Shown here piece by piece: positions 40,286 to 51,906 of a stretch of DNA of 64,000 bases. The DNA is taken from the NCBI GenBank assembly GCA_041665085.1, contig JBAYJO010000004.1, positions 20,004 through 84,003 of the forward strand, in the 5' to 3' direction. Position 1 is the stretch's first letter; every line of letters begins with the position of its first letter. The stretch comes from Patescibacteria group bacterium (lineage in GTDB: Bacteria; Patescibacteriota; UBA1384; JBAYJO01). The notes under the pieces are model-generated. The model searched no databases. It was given only the letters and a program-made list of their open reading frames with translations, and was not told the origin of the DNA. The position numbers and the translations under genes were made by a program.

Positions 40286-40347
40286 ATATACATCCCTGTT
40301 AAGTCTAGAATATAAGTAAATAAGCAAAGGCTAAAACATGGGAAAAA

Positions 40348-40860
40348 ATGAAAAAAGAAAAACACCATACGGTTTATGCATTTATAGATAGCCAAAATCT
40401 AAATCTAGCTATTCAGGATCTTGGCTGGAAATTAGATTATAAAAGGTTTAGAGTTTATATTGAAGATAAATTTGAAGTTAAAAAGACTTTTCTTTTTATT
40501 GGTTATATTAAAGGAAATGAAGTTTTATACGAAAATTTAAAGAGATCCGGTTATAATCTTATTTTTAAACCAACACTTGAGTTTAAAAAAGATAAAAAAG
40601 TTCAAACCAAAGGAAATGTTGACGCTGAGTTAGTTTTACATACTATGATTGAGCTCAATAATTTTGACAAAGCGGTTATTATTTCCGGTGATGGTGATTT
40701 TCATTGTCTTATAGAATATCTTTTAAGAAAAAATAAACTAAAATGCGTTATTGTGCCTAATTTTTACAAGTTTTCAGCTTTACTTAGAAAATTTATGAAG
40801 TATTTGTATTTTTTAAATAAATTAAAAAATAAACTGGAATATACAAAAGAGAGGCATTAA
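40348..40860 (+). CDS. NYN/LabA-like (DUF88) PIN-fold domain protein
   Basis: VYAFIDSQNL...GNVDAELVLHTM...VIISGDGDF pattern. Confidence 0.55.
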   Translation: MKKEKHHTVYAFIDSQNLNLAIQDLGWKLDYKRFRVYIEDKFEVKKTFLFIGYIKGNEVLYENLKRSGYNLIFKPTLEFKKDKKVQTKGNVDAELVLHTMIELNNFDKAVIISGDGDFHCLIEYLLRKNKLKCVIVPNFYKFSALLRKFMKYLYFLNKLKNKLEYTKERH

Positions 40861-41104
40861 CCTTCGGACAAAACCTTAGGTGTGGCCTCTCATCATGATT
40901 CTTAACTAAGAATAACAAATCAAAACAAAAAAGTCAATAGCAGTGGATAAAAATCAGATTGGTTGATTTTTGGTTGAAAAGTAGATTTGAATAGTAAATA
41001 ACTCAAAAAAACTCTTGTTTTGCATATGGTATAGGAGTAGAATTTGGGTAGTTAAATATATATAAAATGTTTATATTTAATATATTTTAAAATAAGGACT
41101 AAAT

Positions 41105-41377
41105 ATGGCAGAAATACATAAAAAAGTTTGGTGCGAATATTTTGAGAAAATAATCTCCGGAGAAAAAAAGCTGGAGCTTCGTCTAGCAGATTTTGAAGTA
41201 AACAAAGGAGATATCCTTGTCTTGGAAGAGTGGGACAAAGACACGAAGTCTTACACTGGGAGAAAAGTGGAAGCTACTGCAAATTATATTCTAAAGACAA
41301 AAGATGTTAATTTCTGGCCAAAAGAAGAAATCGAAAAATATGGTTATCAAATTATCCAATTTGAAATTAAGGACTAA
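41105..41377 (+). CDS. small ASCH/PUA-like protein (DUF3850-like)
   Basis: 90 aa. [19 protein letters not shown]...[10 protein letters not shown]...YTGRKVEA resembles DUF3850. Stop lies 3 bp before the hsdM start. Confidence 0.45.
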   Translation: MAEIHKKVWCEYFEKIISGEKKLELRLADFEVNKGDILVLEEWDKDTKSYTGRKVEATANYILKTKDVNFWPKEEIEKYGYQIIQFEIKD

Positions 41378-41379
41378 AT

Positions 41380-42933
41380 ATGGCAAAAAATAATAGTGCT
41401 AATGTGGGATTTGAAGAAAAACTTTGGGCGGCGGCTGATAAAATGCGCGGATCAATGGATCCGGCAGAATATAAGCACGTTGTTCTCGGACTTATTTTCT
41501 TGAAATATATTTCCGATTCATTTGAAAAGCGTCGACAAGATGTGATTAAGGAAGATGGGGAAGAATTTGTTGATGATCACGACGAATATACAATGAAAAA
41601 TGTTTTTTGGGTACCTATGATCGCACGCTGGTCAAATATTCGTGACAATGCCAAAAAATCAGAGATCGGTAAGCTGATCGACGATGCTATGTATGCCATT
41701 GAAAAAGAAAACTCTGACCTCAAAGGTGTACTTCCAAAAGACTATGCTCGCCCCGCGCTAGACAAACAACGATTGGGTGGTGTTATAGACATCATTTCCC
41801 AAGTTGACCTTCTTGAAAGTAATGGCAAAGATGTTCTCGGTCGAATTTATGAATATTTTCTTGGCCGATTTGCCGGCAGTGAAGGTAAGGGCGGTGGTGA
41901 ATTCTACACTCCACAATGCATTGTTAAACTACTCGTTGAAATGATTGAACCATACAGCGGCCGCGTTTATGATCCATGTTGTGGTAGCGGAGGCATGTTT
42001 ATTCAGTCAGAAATGTTCAACCGTAATCACGATGGCAAAAAAGATGACATGATTGTCTATGGTCAGGAATCAAATCATACCACATGGCGACTTTGTAAAA
42101 TGAATCTAGCCCTTCGTCACATTGACAGCTCAAATATAAAAAACGGTAACAGTTTCCACAATGATTCCCACCCGGATCTAAAAGCTGATTTTGTTTTAGC
42201 AAATCCACCTTTTAATGATAGTGACTGGGATGGCCAGCTTCTGCGAAACGATGTTCGCTGGAAATACGGCTTACCCCCAACTGGCAGTGCTAACTATGCT
42301 TGGATCCAGCACTTCATTTATCATCTCGCACCAACTGGCATCGCAGGTTTTGTAATGGCCAACGGCGCCATGTCATCTAATAGTTCCGGTGAAGGTGAAA
42401 TTCGCGCCAACCTAATTAAAGCGGGGCTTGTCGACTGTATTGTCGCCATGCCGGACAAATTGTTCTATTCGACTGGAATTCCATGTTCACTATGGTTTGT
42501 TTCGCGTGACAGATACGATCATAAATTTCGCAACCGTCATGACGAAATCCTCTTTATTGATGCTCGCAAAATGGGCACAATGGTTGACCGCCGCCATCGT
42601 GAGCTGACCGATGAAGATGTTAGAACTATCTCCGAGACATATCATAACTGGCGAAACCTTTCCCCCTCTGTCATCCCGAGCGAAGCCGAGGGATCCTTTA
42701 AATACGAAGACAAAAAAGGCTTCTGTAAGGCTGCCAAAATCGAAGAAGTTGAGAAAAATGGCTATGTCTTAACTCCCGGGCGTTATGTCGGCACAGAACT
42801 TGTCGAAGAGGATGACGAAGTTTTTGAAGAAAAAATGCAGCGGCTCACCGCGGAACTAAACCAGCAATTCGTCCAGTCCAAAGAATTAGAGGAAAAAATT
42901 AAAGAAAACCTTAAAAAAGTTATTGAAAATTAG
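41380..42933 (+). CDS. hsdM: type I restriction-modification system N6-adenine DNA methyltransferase subunit
   Basis: HsdM N-terminal domain. SAM motif [12 protein letters not shown]. Catalytic NPPFN. Confidence 0.92.
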   Translation: MAKNNSANVGFEEKLWAAADKMRGSMDPAEYKHVVLGLIFLKYISDSFEKRRQDVIKEDGEEFVDDHDEYTMKNVFWVPMIARWSNIRDNAKKSEIGKLIDDAMYAIEKENSDLKGVLPKDYARPALDKQRLGGVIDIISQVDLLESNGKDVLGRIYEYFLGRFAGSEGKGGGEFYTPQCIVKLLVEMIEPYSGRVYDPCCGSGGMFIQSEMFNRNHDGKKDDMIVYGQESNHTTWRLCKMNLALRHIDSSNIKNGNSFHNDSHPDLKADFVLANPPFNDSDWDGQLLRNDVRWKYGLPPTGSANYAWIQHFIYHLAPTGIAGFVMANGAMSSNSSGEGEIRANLIKAGLVDCIVAMPDKLFYSTGIPCSLWFVSRDRYDHKFRNRHDEILFIDARKMGTMVDRRHRELTDEDVRTISETYHNWRNLSPSVIPSEAEGSFKYEDKKGFCKAAKIEEVEKNGYVLTPGRYVGTELVEEDDEVFEEKMQRLTAELNQQFVQSKELEEKIKENLKKVIEN

Positions 42934-42975
42934 ATTATTTATATTATCAATTTAGCCTGTATTTGATAATAAGTC

Positions 42976-43004
42976 TTGACATATTTGCAAATGTCAAATA
43001 TAAT
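42976..43004 (+). promoter_or_regulatory. Consensus sigma70 promoter TTGACA-N17-TATAAT embedded in the near-palindrome TTGACATATTTGCAAATGTCAA
   Basis: TTGACA at 42976-42981 and TATAAT at 42999-43004, 30 bp upstream of the fic ATG. Confidence 0.6.
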
Positions 43005-43033
43005 GGATATACTATTAACAGGAGTTTGCAAAA

Positions 43034-44164
43034 ATGAATAAAGAATATTCAGCAGGTCAATACATACAACAAAATGAATACAAGAGCTTTAGACCATCTT
43101 TAATAAATGGTGATTTTTCATGGAAAGAGAAAAAAATTAATGTTCTCCTAGAAGAAGCTACTAGGTTTCTTGGAGAGCTAAATGCATATTCCAAATTAAT
43201 ACCTGATGTAAATTTTTTCATAAAAATGAATGTGGCCAAGGAAGCCATTACATCCAGCCGCATTGAAGGAACAAAAACCCAAATTGACGAGGCATTATTG
43301 CCTCAAGAAGAAATTGACCCAGAAAAAAGAGATGATTGGGCTGAAGTTCAAAACTATATAAAAGCTATGAATTTCTCTATAGAGGAGCTAAAAAAAATTC
43401 CTCTATCAACAAGACTCATGAAAGAAGCACACAAAATTCTTCTTTCTGGAGTCAGGGGTAAATATAAAACACCCGGAGAATTAAGAACATCACAAAACTG
43501 GATTGGAGGATCCAATTTGAGTGATGCCTTTTTTGTTCCGCCTCACCATACAGAACTTCCAGATCTTTTAACTGACTTGGAGAAATTTTGGCATAATCGT
43601 GAATTAGAAATTCCTCAACTGATTAAAATTGCTATCAGCCATTATCAGTTTGAAACAATCCATCCATTTTTAGACGGTAACGGTAGAATCGGAAGATTAT
43701 TAATCACATTGCAACTGGTTGAACTAGGGTTTTTAGATAAACCCACTCTTTACCTTTCTGACTTTTTTGAAAAAAACAGAACATCCTACTACGACTCACT
43801 TTCAATGGTGAGGCAGACAAACGACATAGAACAATGGATCAAGTTTTTTCTCAATGGAATCATTCATACTTCAAAAAATGGAAAAGAAACTTTTGAAAAA
43901 ATCGTTACACTTCGTCAAAGCTATGAGAGTAAAATCATGAGATTAGGATCCAGAGCTAAAACCGGCCAAGAGTTAATGCTGGCATTATTTTCTAATCCCA
44001 TCATGAATTTAAATCAAATATCGGAAAAATTAGATATTTCTTATGCTACCGCAAACCGGCTGATATCTGATTTTGAAAAATTCAACATTGTCAGAGAAAT
44101 GACCGGTTTTTCAAGGAATAGATTATTTGTAATGGATGAGTATTTGAATTTATTTAAGAGGTAG
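43034..44164 (+). CDS. fic: Fic/DOC family protein (AMPylation motif [12 protein letters not shown]; inhibitory SxxxEG motif present)
   Basis: [14 protein letters not shown] is the canonical Fic motif HxFx(D/E)GNGRxxR. TSSRIEGT resembles the auto-inhibitory helix. C-terminal wHTH-like region. Confidence 0.88.
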   Translation: MNKEYSAGQYIQQNEYKSFRPSLINGDFSWKEKKINVLLEEATRFLGELNAYSKLIPDVNFFIKMNVAKEAITSSRIEGTKTQIDEALLPQEEIDPEKRDDWAEVQNYIKAMNFSIEELKKIPLSTRLMKEAHKILLSGVRGKYKTPGELRTSQNWIGGSNLSDAFFVPPHHTELPDLLTDLEKFWHNRELEIPQLIKIAISHYQFETIHPFLDGNGRIGRLLITLQLVELGFLDKPTLYLSDFFEKNRTSYYDSLSMVRQTNDIEQWIKFFLNGIIHTSKNGKETFEKIVTLRQSYESKIMRLGSRAKTGQELMLALFSNPIMNLNQISEKLDISYATANRLISDFEKFNIVREMTGFSRNRLFVMDEYLNLFKR

Positions 44165-44184
44165 AAACCAAAAGTAGGAAATCG

Positions 44185-44982
44185 ATGCAAAATGAGGAAA
44201 AACTAAACACAACTAATAATATTTCGGCCCCCATCGGCTTAGATTACTTTAGTGGGGTGAGTTTGTATTTACAGTTGTTTGTGAATTCCCAACACTTAGG
44301 CCAAGCAACCGGATTTGTTATCGAAAACAATAATAAAAAATATCTTATTGCTAATTGGCATGTAGTATCAGGTAGAGATACAATTACAGGTAAGCCGTTA
44401 TCAAAAACCGGTGGTCTTCCAGACAAAATAAATATTGCACACCACTCTAGTAGTGACTTTGGCACATGGTGGTTTATAAACGAGCCATTATATGATGGAG
44501 AAAAGCAGCTTTGGCTAGAGCATCCTAAGAGTACAGAATCGAACAGGATAGATGTTGTTGTGCTGCCTCTCACAAGGACAGAAGAGAAACTTGCTTTCGT
44601 CCCCCTAAACCTAAATCTCGCTAAATCAGATATGGTGGCACATCCTGCTCAAACAGTTTCAATTATTGGGTATCCGCTCGGCTTAAGCGCTGATGATAAA
44701 GTTCTCATTCCGATATGGAAAACGGGGCATATCGCTTCAGATGTAGAGTTAAATGAGAATTTCTTCCTAATTGACGCGACAACGAAAAGTGGAATGTCGG
44801 GTTCTCCAGTAATTATGCGTTCTTCAGGGGGATTTCAGACAAAAAATGGCTCCTGGATAATGGCAATGGCAGGGATGAGAGAGTTATTTCTGGGTGTATA
44901 TTCCGGAAGAATCCACGAACTTTCAGAAATAGGGAAAGTTTGGAAACCCAAACTGATCGAGGAAATATTAAATGCAAGATAA
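44185..44982 (+). CDS. cytoplasmic trypsin-like serine protease (chymotrypsin fold)
   Basis: No signal peptide. Putative triad His in ANWHVVSG, Asp in RIDVVVLPL, Ser in GMSGSPV. Confidence 0.55.
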   Translation: MQNEEKLNTTNNISAPIGLDYFSGVSLYLQLFVNSQHLGQATGFVIENNNKKYLIANWHVVSGRDTITGKPLSKTGGLPDKINIAHHSSSDFGTWWFINEPLYDGEKQLWLEHPKSTESNRIDVVVLPLTRTEEKLAFVPLNLNLAKSDMVAHPAQTVSIIGYPLGLSADDKVLIPIWKTGHIASDVELNENFFLIDATTKSGMSGSPVIMRSSGGFQTKNGSWIMAMAGMRELFLGVYSGRIHELSEIGKVWKPKLIEEILNAR

Positions 44983-46123
44983 CCAGACAAAATTTAAAGA
45001 AACTGAAGTTGGACTGATCCCGGAGGGTTGGGGGGTTTTGAAATTCGGGGATGTATCAAATTTTCGTTACGGAAAGATGCCAGAAAAAAACAAAATTACT
45101 TCAACAGGCTATCCGATATACTCTGGTTACAGAGTGGTCGGGAATTATTCTGAATGTATGTGTACCCAACCCAAGCTGATTATCGTGGCAAGAGGTGTTG
45201 GCGGCACAGGCGATGTAAAAATTTCACCACCAAATTGTTGGGTAACAAACTTGAGTATAATTGCTGATCTAGATGAAAAAATAATAAATAAACAATTTCT
45301 AAAATATTATTTTCACAGGGGTTTAAAAAGATTTGATAGTGGATCCGCTCAATCGCAGATCACAATAGGCGACTTAAATAATATCGAGTTAACATTGCCA
45401 CCCATCGAAGAGCAGCGAAAGATTGCGGAGGTTTTGGGGGCGCTGGATGATAAAATTGAATTGAATCGGAAAATGAATAAAACCCTCGAATCCATCGGCC
45501 AAGCCATTTTCAAACATACCTTTCGTCATTCTGAGCAAACCGAAGAATCTCTTAAACCGTTATCGGAATTCGGTCAAATCGTTTGTGGTAAAACTCCTTC
45601 GAAAGCCAAGTCGGAATATTTTGGCGGAGAAATACCCTTCATTAAAATTCCTGATATGCACGGACAAACTTTCATTCTAAAAACCGAGGATTCGTTAACC
45701 GAAGAGGGAAAAAATAGTCAGCCGAATAAAACAATCCCCACTGGTTCGATTTGTGTAAGTTGTATTGCTACGGTTGGACTAGTCTCAATCACTGAAAAGA
45801 ATTCACAAACAAATCAGCAGATAAATTCGATCGCTCCCTTTAAAAAAGAACTTACTTATTATTTGTATTTTTCTTTGAAGGAAATCGAGCAAGACATTAA
45901 AGATATGGCGAGTGGCGGCTCGGCGACACTAAATTTGAACACTGGTCATTTTTCAAATATTAAAATTGTTATGCCGGAGGATGAAGACTTGCATCGATTT
46001 GATAAAAAAATAAAACCACTCTTCGACCAAATTTTAAATAACATGAAACAAATCGAAACTTTATCGAAAATCCGCGATTCCCTATTACCAAGATTAATGA
46101 ATGGAAAGTTGAGATTGGGATGA
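44972..46123 (+). CDS. hsdS: type I restriction-modification system specificity subunit
   Basis: Two TRDs separated by the conserved LPPIEEQRKIAEVLGALDDKIELNRKMNKTLE. Overlaps the protease gene by 11 bp. Confidence 0.9.
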   Translation: MQDNQTKFKETEVGLIPEGWGVLKFGDVSNFRYGKMPEKNKITSTGYPIYSGYRVVGNYSECMCTQPKLIIVARGVGGTGDVKISPPNCWVTNLSIIADLDEKIINKQFLKYYFHRGLKRFDSGSAQSQITIGDLNNIELTLPPIEEQRKIAEVLGALDDKIELNRKMNKTLESIGQAIFKHTFRHSEQTEESLKPLSEFGQIVCGKTPSKAKSEYFGGEIPFIKIPDMHGQTFILKTEDSLTEEGKNSQPNKTIPTGSICVSCIATVGLVSITEKNSQTNQQINSIAPFKKELTYYLYFSLKEIEQDIKDMASGGSATLNLNTGHFSNIKIVMPEDEDLHRFDKKIKPLFDQILNNMKQIETLSKIRDSLLPRLMNGKLRLG

Positions 46124-46947
46124 AAAACCATGAAAAAGTTTTAGCTTTAACTCATAAAATCGTAATCACCGATGAATTCGAAAACAGAGTTAAGAAAGAA
46201 ATTATTGAACCAGTATTAGATCAGATGACTTTTACAGCGTTAAATTTTCAAAAATCAGATCCTAATAGCAAACTATCGATTGCTGAAAAATTTTTTCTTG
46301 ATGTAGACAAAGTTGTTTTTAGATTGTTGCAGTGCCATAAACACCAAAAGAATTATGACATTATAGAATCAGAAAGGATTAAGGAGCTGAACGCTGACAT
46401 ACAAAAAACAACAAAGTTTATTGATGAGTGTTGGAGGCCGCTCGAATTAAATTGTGAAATTGATGCATTTCTAACTAAGTGGAAATCGTCACTTGATGCT
46501 TTAGCTAAAACATTAATCCCTCTTTATGGGATAAACTCTAAGACATGGAGCGATAAAGGAAAAAAAATAATTAATCAGTTAAACAATTTATCAGCAGAAA
46601 AAGTTAAAAAAATACAACCATTGATTAACATTATTGAAGAAAATAAGGGTCAGATTGGTTCAATAATTGATCTAAGAGATAAAGTTGTACATTATGATAC
46701 TGAATGTTTAACACCTTTTCACTACAGGCTCAAAGAGAAAAAACTTCATAACCCAAGTTTAATATGGGATGGCAATGTCTATATGCCCCAAGACTTCATG
46801 ACACAAGCATCTGAGTATTTACTAGATTTCACGAGGGAGTTTATCGTTAAATCTATAAATGGTTTTGTTGAGGCTTTGTATATTGTCGTCACAACCGACG
46901 GTCACCAATGGTTTATGCCACCAGATAAGATCAAGGAGTCGAAATGA
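46120..46947 (+). CDS. hypothetical protein embedded between hsdS and hsdR; possible HEPN-like (Rx4H) domain
   Basis: 275 aa, mostly helical by composition. RDKVVH fits Rx4-6H. 4-bp overlaps with both neighbours. Confidence 0.5.
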   Translation: MKNHEKVLALTHKIVITDEFENRVKKEIIEPVLDQMTFTALNFQKSDPNSKLSIAEKFFLDVDKVVFRLLQCHKHQKNYDIIESERIKELNADIQKTTKFIDECWRPLELNCEIDAFLTKWKSSLDALAKTLIPLYGINSKTWSDKGKKIINQLNNLSAEKVKKIQPLINIIEENKGQIGSIIDLRDKVVHYDTECLTPFHYRLKEKKLHNPSLIWDGNVYMPQDFMTQASEYLLDFTREFIVKSINGFVEALYIVVTTDGHQWFMPPDKIKESK

Positions 46948-49900
46948 AATACACTGAATCGTCATTAGAAGAAGCGACTAGGGAATGGTTTGAGGAACTT
47001 GGCTATCAAGTCATTTATGGGCCGGATATTGAGCCGGAAAGTGAAAAACCGGAGCGAAAGGATTTTTCACAAGTGGTTTTGGAAGGAAGGCTCCGATCTG
47101 CAATCGAAAGAATAAATTCTGATATTCCGGCTGATGCTCTGGATGAAGCTTTTAAAAAAGTTGTAAATGTAACTCATACCACATCGCTTTTGGTGTCGAA
47201 TAATCAGATATTCCATAAATATTTAGTTGGCGGTGTTGATGTTGAATATCAAAGAAAAGACGGCTCTATTGCAGGCGATAAAGTTTGGCTCGTTGATCGA
47301 AAAAATATTGAGAATAATGATTGGGTTTGGCTTAATCAGTTTACAATTGTAGAAAATAGTAATCGTCGACCGGATGTCGTTATTTTTGTGAACGGTTTGC
47401 CACTGGCCGTTTTTGAACTAAAGAATTTAGCAGATGAAAATGTTGGTATTAAAGAAGCATTTAATCAGATTCAAACCTATAAACAAGATATTCCATCACT
47501 ATTTGCTTACAATGAACTAGCAATTATTTCCGATGGCCCGGAGGCAAAAATCGGATCCATTACTTCTGACACAGATCGCTTTATGCGCTGGAGAAGTGTT
47601 GATGGGGCAGAATTAGCATCTGACGTAATTCCTCAACTTGAAGTATTGATTAAAGGGGTTTTTGATAAAGAGCGATTGCTTGATTTGATTTGCAATTTTA
47701 GTGTTTTTAACACGATCAAGAAAGATTCGGAAGAAAAAATTATTAAAATCATCCCGGCCTATCATCAATATTTTGCAACAAATAAAGCCTTAGAAAGCAC
47801 ATTGGCGGCTACTTCTGAAAATGGTGACAGGCGCGCCGGAGTGGTGTGGCATACTCAAGGAAGTGGCAAGAGTTTGACGATGGCTTTTTTTGCCGGCAAG
47901 TTAATTGATCGACTGAATAATCCGACTATCGTCGTTTTGACAGATAGGAATGATTTGGATGATCAGCTTTTTGATACATTTTCAAAATGTAAAGATTTAT
48001 TGAAACAAAAACCGGTCCAAGCAGCCAATCGTAAACATTTACGCGAGCTTTTGAAAGTTGCGAGTGGCGGAGTAGTATTTACAACAATTCAGAAATTTTT
48101 GCAAAAAGGATTTCTGGACAAAATGCTTTTAACTGGTCGGCGCAATGTGGTGGTGATTGCCGATGAAGCGCACAGAAGCCAATATGATTTTATAGATGGC
48201 TTTGCCAGAAGCATGCATGAAGCATTGCCGAATGCGTCATTTATTGGTTTTACCGGAACCCCGCTTTCTTCTGCTGACAAAGACACCGAGCGAGTTTTTG
48301 GCAAATATGTTGATGTTTATGACATTACTCAAGCAGTGGCCGACAAAGCGACGGTGCCGATTTATTATGAAGCCAGATTGGCGAAAATTAATTTGCTTGA
48401 ATCAGAAAAACCAAAAATCGATGCAGATTTTAATGATATTACAGAAGATGAAGAACCAGAAATGGTTGAGAAGTTAAAAAGCAAATGGGCGCGGCTTGAG
48501 GCGATGGTTGGAAGCGACAAAAGAATTAAGCAAATCGCCAAAGATGTGGTAGAGCATTTTGGAAATAGGCAAAATGTAATGAATGGCAAGGGCATGATCG
48601 TGGTAATGAGTCGAAGAATCGCCACTGATTTGTATGATGAAATTATTAAATTAAAACCGGAGTGGCACCAAGACTCAAATGAAAAAGGATTTTTGAAAGT
48701 TGTGATGACCGGTTCGGCCTCTGATCCTTTAAATTTTCAAAGGCATATTCGTAACAAAGAAGAACTACACAAAATGGCAGATCGAATGAAAGATCCAGAA
48801 AACGAATTACAGCTCGTGATTGTGCGTGATATGTGGCTGACTGGTTTTGATGTGCCGAGTTTGCATACGATGTATATTGATAAGCCAATGAAAGGTCATG
48901 GTCTAATGCAGGCGATCGCTAGAGTTAATAGAGTTTATAGAGATAAACCAGGTGGTCTGATTGTTGATTATTTGGGTATTGCACCACAATTGAAAGAAGC
49001 ATTGGCGGATTATTCTCAAAAAGATCAGGGGAACACTGCCATTGATCAGGAAGCAGCGGTTTCTGTGATGCTAGAGAAATTTGAAGTGATGCAGGGAATG
49101 TTTCATGATTTTAATTATGTAAAGTATTTCAAAATGAGCGCTTCACAGAAAACAAGCTTTTTTGGTGATGCAATGGAATTTGTTTTGACGCTTGATCCAG
49201 TTGACGATGAAGCGAAGAAAAGATTTGTCAAAGCAGTGACAGAATTATCTAAAGCATTTGCTCTGGCTGTACCGCATGAAAAAGCACTTGCGATTAAAGA
49301 TCATGTCGGATTTTTCCAAGCACTGCGGGCGCATGTAAAGAAATTATCACCTGTAAATGGTCCAACTGAAGAAGATTATGACATGGCAATTAAACAGATC
49401 GTTTCTGATTCGATCGCTTCGGGTGAGATTATTGATGTATTTACTGCAGCCGGGCTAGATAAGCCGATGGTTTCAATTTTGTCCGATGAGTTTTTGGAGG
49501 AAGTGAGAGGACTTGGCAGACAAAATGTTGCTTTGGAAATATTAAAAAAATTATTGAATGACGAGATTAAATCTTTTATGCGAAAAAATGTTGTAAAGGG
49601 GCGATCGTTTTCAGACATGCTAGAAAAAACGATTAAGGCTTATCAAAATCGAACCATTGAAGCAGCACAAGTTATTTCTGAACTGATCAAATTAGCAAAA
49701 GAACTCCGGGGAGAAGTTGAAAGAGGAGCGGAAACTGGACTGTCAGATGACGAGATCGCTTTTTATGATGCTCTAGCCGATAATGAGAGCGCAAAATTGG
49801 AGCTTGGCGATGAAACATTGAAAAAGATCTCTCGGGAATTGGTTCAGATGATGCGGGAGAACACGACAATTGATTGGACTTTACGAGACAGTGTAAAAGC

Positions 49901-50030
49901 CAAGATGAGAATATTTATTAAAAAATTATTGAAAAAATATGACTATCCGCCAGACAAACAAGAAGGCGCGACGCAGTTGGTATTATTACAGGCAGAAACC
50001 GTTTGTAAGGATTGGGTAGGAAAGGAATAA
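46944..50030 (+). CDS. hsdR: type I restriction enzyme R subunit (helicase/endonuclease)
   Basis: N-terminal nuclease domain. SF2 helicase motifs ([12 protein letters not shown] in [11 protein letters not shown]). Confidence 0.93.
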   Translation: MKYTESSLEEATREWFEELGYQVIYGPDIEPESEKPERKDFSQVVLEGRLRSAIERINSDIPADALDEAFKKVVNVTHTTSLLVSNNQIFHKYLVGGVDVEYQRKDGSIAGDKVWLVDRKNIENNDWVWLNQFTIVENSNRRPDVVIFVNGLPLAVFELKNLADENVGIKEAFNQIQTYKQDIPSLFAYNELAIISDGPEAKIGSITSDTDRFMRWRSVDGAELASDVIPQLEVLIKGVFDKERLLDLICNFSVFNTIKKDSEEKIIKIIPAYHQYFATNKALESTLAATSENGDRRAGVVWHTQGSGKSLTMAFFAGKLIDRLNNPTIVVLTDRNDLDDQLFDTFSKCKDLLKQKPVQAANRKHLRELLKVASGGVVFTTIQKFLQKGFLDKMLLTGRRNVVVIADEAHRSQYDFIDGFARSMHEALPNASFIGFTGTPLSSADKDTERVFGKYVDVYDITQAVADKATVPIYYEARLAKINLLESEKPKIDADFNDITEDEEPEMVEKLKSKWARLEAMVGSDKRIKQIAKDVVEHFGNRQNVMNGKGMIVVMSRRIATDLYDEIIKLKPEWHQDSNEKGFLKVVMTGSASDPLNFQRHIRNKEELHKMADRMKDPENELQLVIVRDMWLTGFDVPSLHTMYIDKPMKGHGLMQAIARVNRVYRDKPGGLIVDYLGIAPQLKEALADYSQKDQGNTAIDQEAAVSVMLEKFEVMQGMFHDFNYVKYFKMSASQKTSFFGDAMEFVLTLDPVDDEAKKRFVKAVTELSKAFALAVPHEKALAIKDHVGFFQALRAHVKKLSPVNGPTEEDYDMAIKQIVSDSIASGEIIDVFTAAGLDKPMVSILSDEFLEEVRGLGRQNVALEILKKLLNDEIKSFMRKNVVKGRSFSDMLEKTIKAYQNRTIEAAQVISELIKLAKELRGEVERGAETGLSDDEIAFYDALADNESAKLELGDETLKKISRELVQMMRENTTIDWTLRDSVKAKMRIFIKKLLKKYDYPPDKQEGATQLVLLQAETVCKDWVGKE

Positions 50031-50031
50031 C

Positions 50032-50790
50032 ATGTCCGAATATTACAAAGCAAATCGAACAAGAAATATATTTGATCCGAAAACTCAAGAAGTTTTTAAA
50101 CTAAGTCGGTCGAAATTAGAACTTTTTACCGAATGTCCACGCTGTTTTTATATTGATCGCCGGCTCGGAGTCGGCAGACCTCCCGGATTTCCATTTAACC
50201 TAAATACAGCAGTTGATACCTTGCTCAAAAAGGAATTTAATATTCATCGCGCAAAAGGGGAGACTCATCCGCTGATTGAAAAATATGATGTTGACGCTCG
50301 ACCGGTTCCGCATGAGAGCTTGGACAAATGGCGAGAAAACTTTGTTGGCATTCAGTATTTACACAAACCAACCAATCTAATGATCACCGGTGCAATTGAT
50401 GACCTTTGGATCAATTCAAAGGGTGAATATATAGTCGTAGATTACAAATCAACCAGCAAAGAAGAAGAAATTACAGCGCTCGACAAAGACTGGCACGATG
50501 GATACAAACGCCAGATGGAAATATACCAGTGGCTCCTTAGAAAAAATGGACTAAAAGTATCAAATACCGGTTATTTTGTTTATTGCAACGGACGAACTGA
50601 TCTTGAGGCATTTGACGCGAAACTAGAATTTGATATTACTTTAATTCCATATATTGGCAACGACTCTTGGATTGAAAAAACCATCGCTGATGCACATATC
50701 TGCCTTTGCTCTGATTCTATTCCCGAAGCTAACCCAGAATGTGATTATTGCAATTACATCGAAGCCATTCAAGAAATTAATAAAATATAA
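50032..50790 (+). CDS. PD-(D/E)XK nuclease with 4-Cys cluster (Cas4/RecB-nuclease-like, DUF83-like)
   Basis: N-terminal CPRC. GAIDDLW...VVDYKS (D...D-x-K). C-terminal CLC...CDYC. Starts 2 bp after the hsdR stop. Confidence 0.5.
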   Translation: MSEYYKANRTRNIFDPKTQEVFKLSRSKLELFTECPRCFYIDRRLGVGRPPGFPFNLNTAVDTLLKKEFNIHRAKGETHPLIEKYDVDARPVPHESLDKWRENFVGIQYLHKPTNLMITGAIDDLWINSKGEYIVVDYKSTSKEEEITALDKDWHDGYKRQMEIYQWLLRKNGLKVSNTGYFVYCNGRTDLEAFDAKLEFDITLIPYIGNDSWIEKTIADAHICLCSDSIPEANPECDYCNYIEAIQEINKI

Positions 50791-50860
50791 GCTGTTGCCT
50801 ACCAATAGATTCGTTCACAATTGTTAAAATAATAAAATAAAATAAAATAAAAACAAAGAG

Positions 50861-51640
50861 TTGCATATGGAAAATACGGAAAAACCACAAGAAAAAGAAT
50901 ACGATGATTGGAAAGCCCCAGAGGTAAGTGAAAAACCAATTCAACCTTCTATTGCTGGGGAGGAACCAACAGACACCCAATTGGTTATCGAGACAAAAAA
51001 GAAAGAAGAATCGGAGCGAGAAATATCTGAAGCAAGAAGCCAATTGGCACAAATTACCGAATCACAACCAGACAACTACTCATCTGGCACACGACTTGTT
51101 AAAGAAGTGGAGAAGATCTTAGAAGATCCTGATAAATATGTTGGTAGAGGTGCCGAAAAAATAGTACTTGACCATCCTTCTGACCCCGACAAAGTAGTAG
51201 CTAAATTTCATGCCAAACCTGATGTTGAGTACATGAAACAACAATATTATCTCAACAAATTACTTCATATTTTTCTCCCTCATAATATTCCCGACGTGCA
51301 CATGGTAGTAACAGATCCGCCGCTCCTCGTCTCGGATAAAATCAAACCGCCAGAAAAAATTAATCCAGTAAGTGCTTTTCTAAAAAAATCTCTCGGTCGA
51401 ATTTTATTAAAACGTAAGTTAAATAAACTGGATGTGTTCATTGACGGCAATGATTGTAATTTAATTTTTGATCAAAATGGTTCACTTAATTATGTTGACT
51501 CTCCAACAGGAGGATCTAACCTGGACAAATTAAGAAAAGTAGCTGACCAGCGTTTACACGATGAAGATCTTGAGAAAGCGCACCAATACATTGATCGACT
51601 AGAACTGTGGAAAAGAAGAAAACGTGATTTCAAGCTGTGA
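50861..51640 (+). CDS. hypothetical protein with acidic N-terminal region and a possible atypical kinase-like core
   Basis: VGRGAEKIVLD...VVAKF resembles a glycine-rich loop plus VAxK. Otherwise unrecognised. Confidence 0.45.
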   Translation: MHMENTEKPQEKEYDDWKAPEVSEKPIQPSIAGEEPTDTQLVIETKKKEESEREISEARSQLAQITESQPDNYSSGTRLVKEVEKILEDPDKYVGRGAEKIVLDHPSDPDKVVAKFHAKPDVEYMKQQYYLNKLLHIFLPHNIPDVHMVVTDPPLLVSDKIKPPEKINPVSAFLKKSLGRILLKRKLNKLDVFIDGNDCNLIFDQNGSLNYVDSPTGGSNLDKLRKVADQRLHDEDLEKAHQYIDRLELWKRRKRDFKL

Positions 51641-51906
51641 TAATTTATATTATAAAATATAAAAGTAAAAAATTTCCTAATTTTAATGGATAAGAAATGA
51701 GAGAAAATCATTGGAGTGTAATAAATGCTGAGCTAGAGACTCTCCTCATTATTAAAAAATTAAGCTGAAATGAATCAATAAAATGAGAAGAAAATTGATA
51801 AACACAAGTTAGCTGAAATTACACTAAAGCTATAGAAAAGATAATTTACTAATACAAAAAGCCCACGGATCACTTCGAAGGCCTTGTAGAATTGCGAGGT
51901 TGAAGA

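Noticed and set aside
50808-50845. (AATAAA)n microsatellite before 50861
   Set aside because: It is a short simple-sequence run typical of AT-rich spacers and is not reported as a feature.
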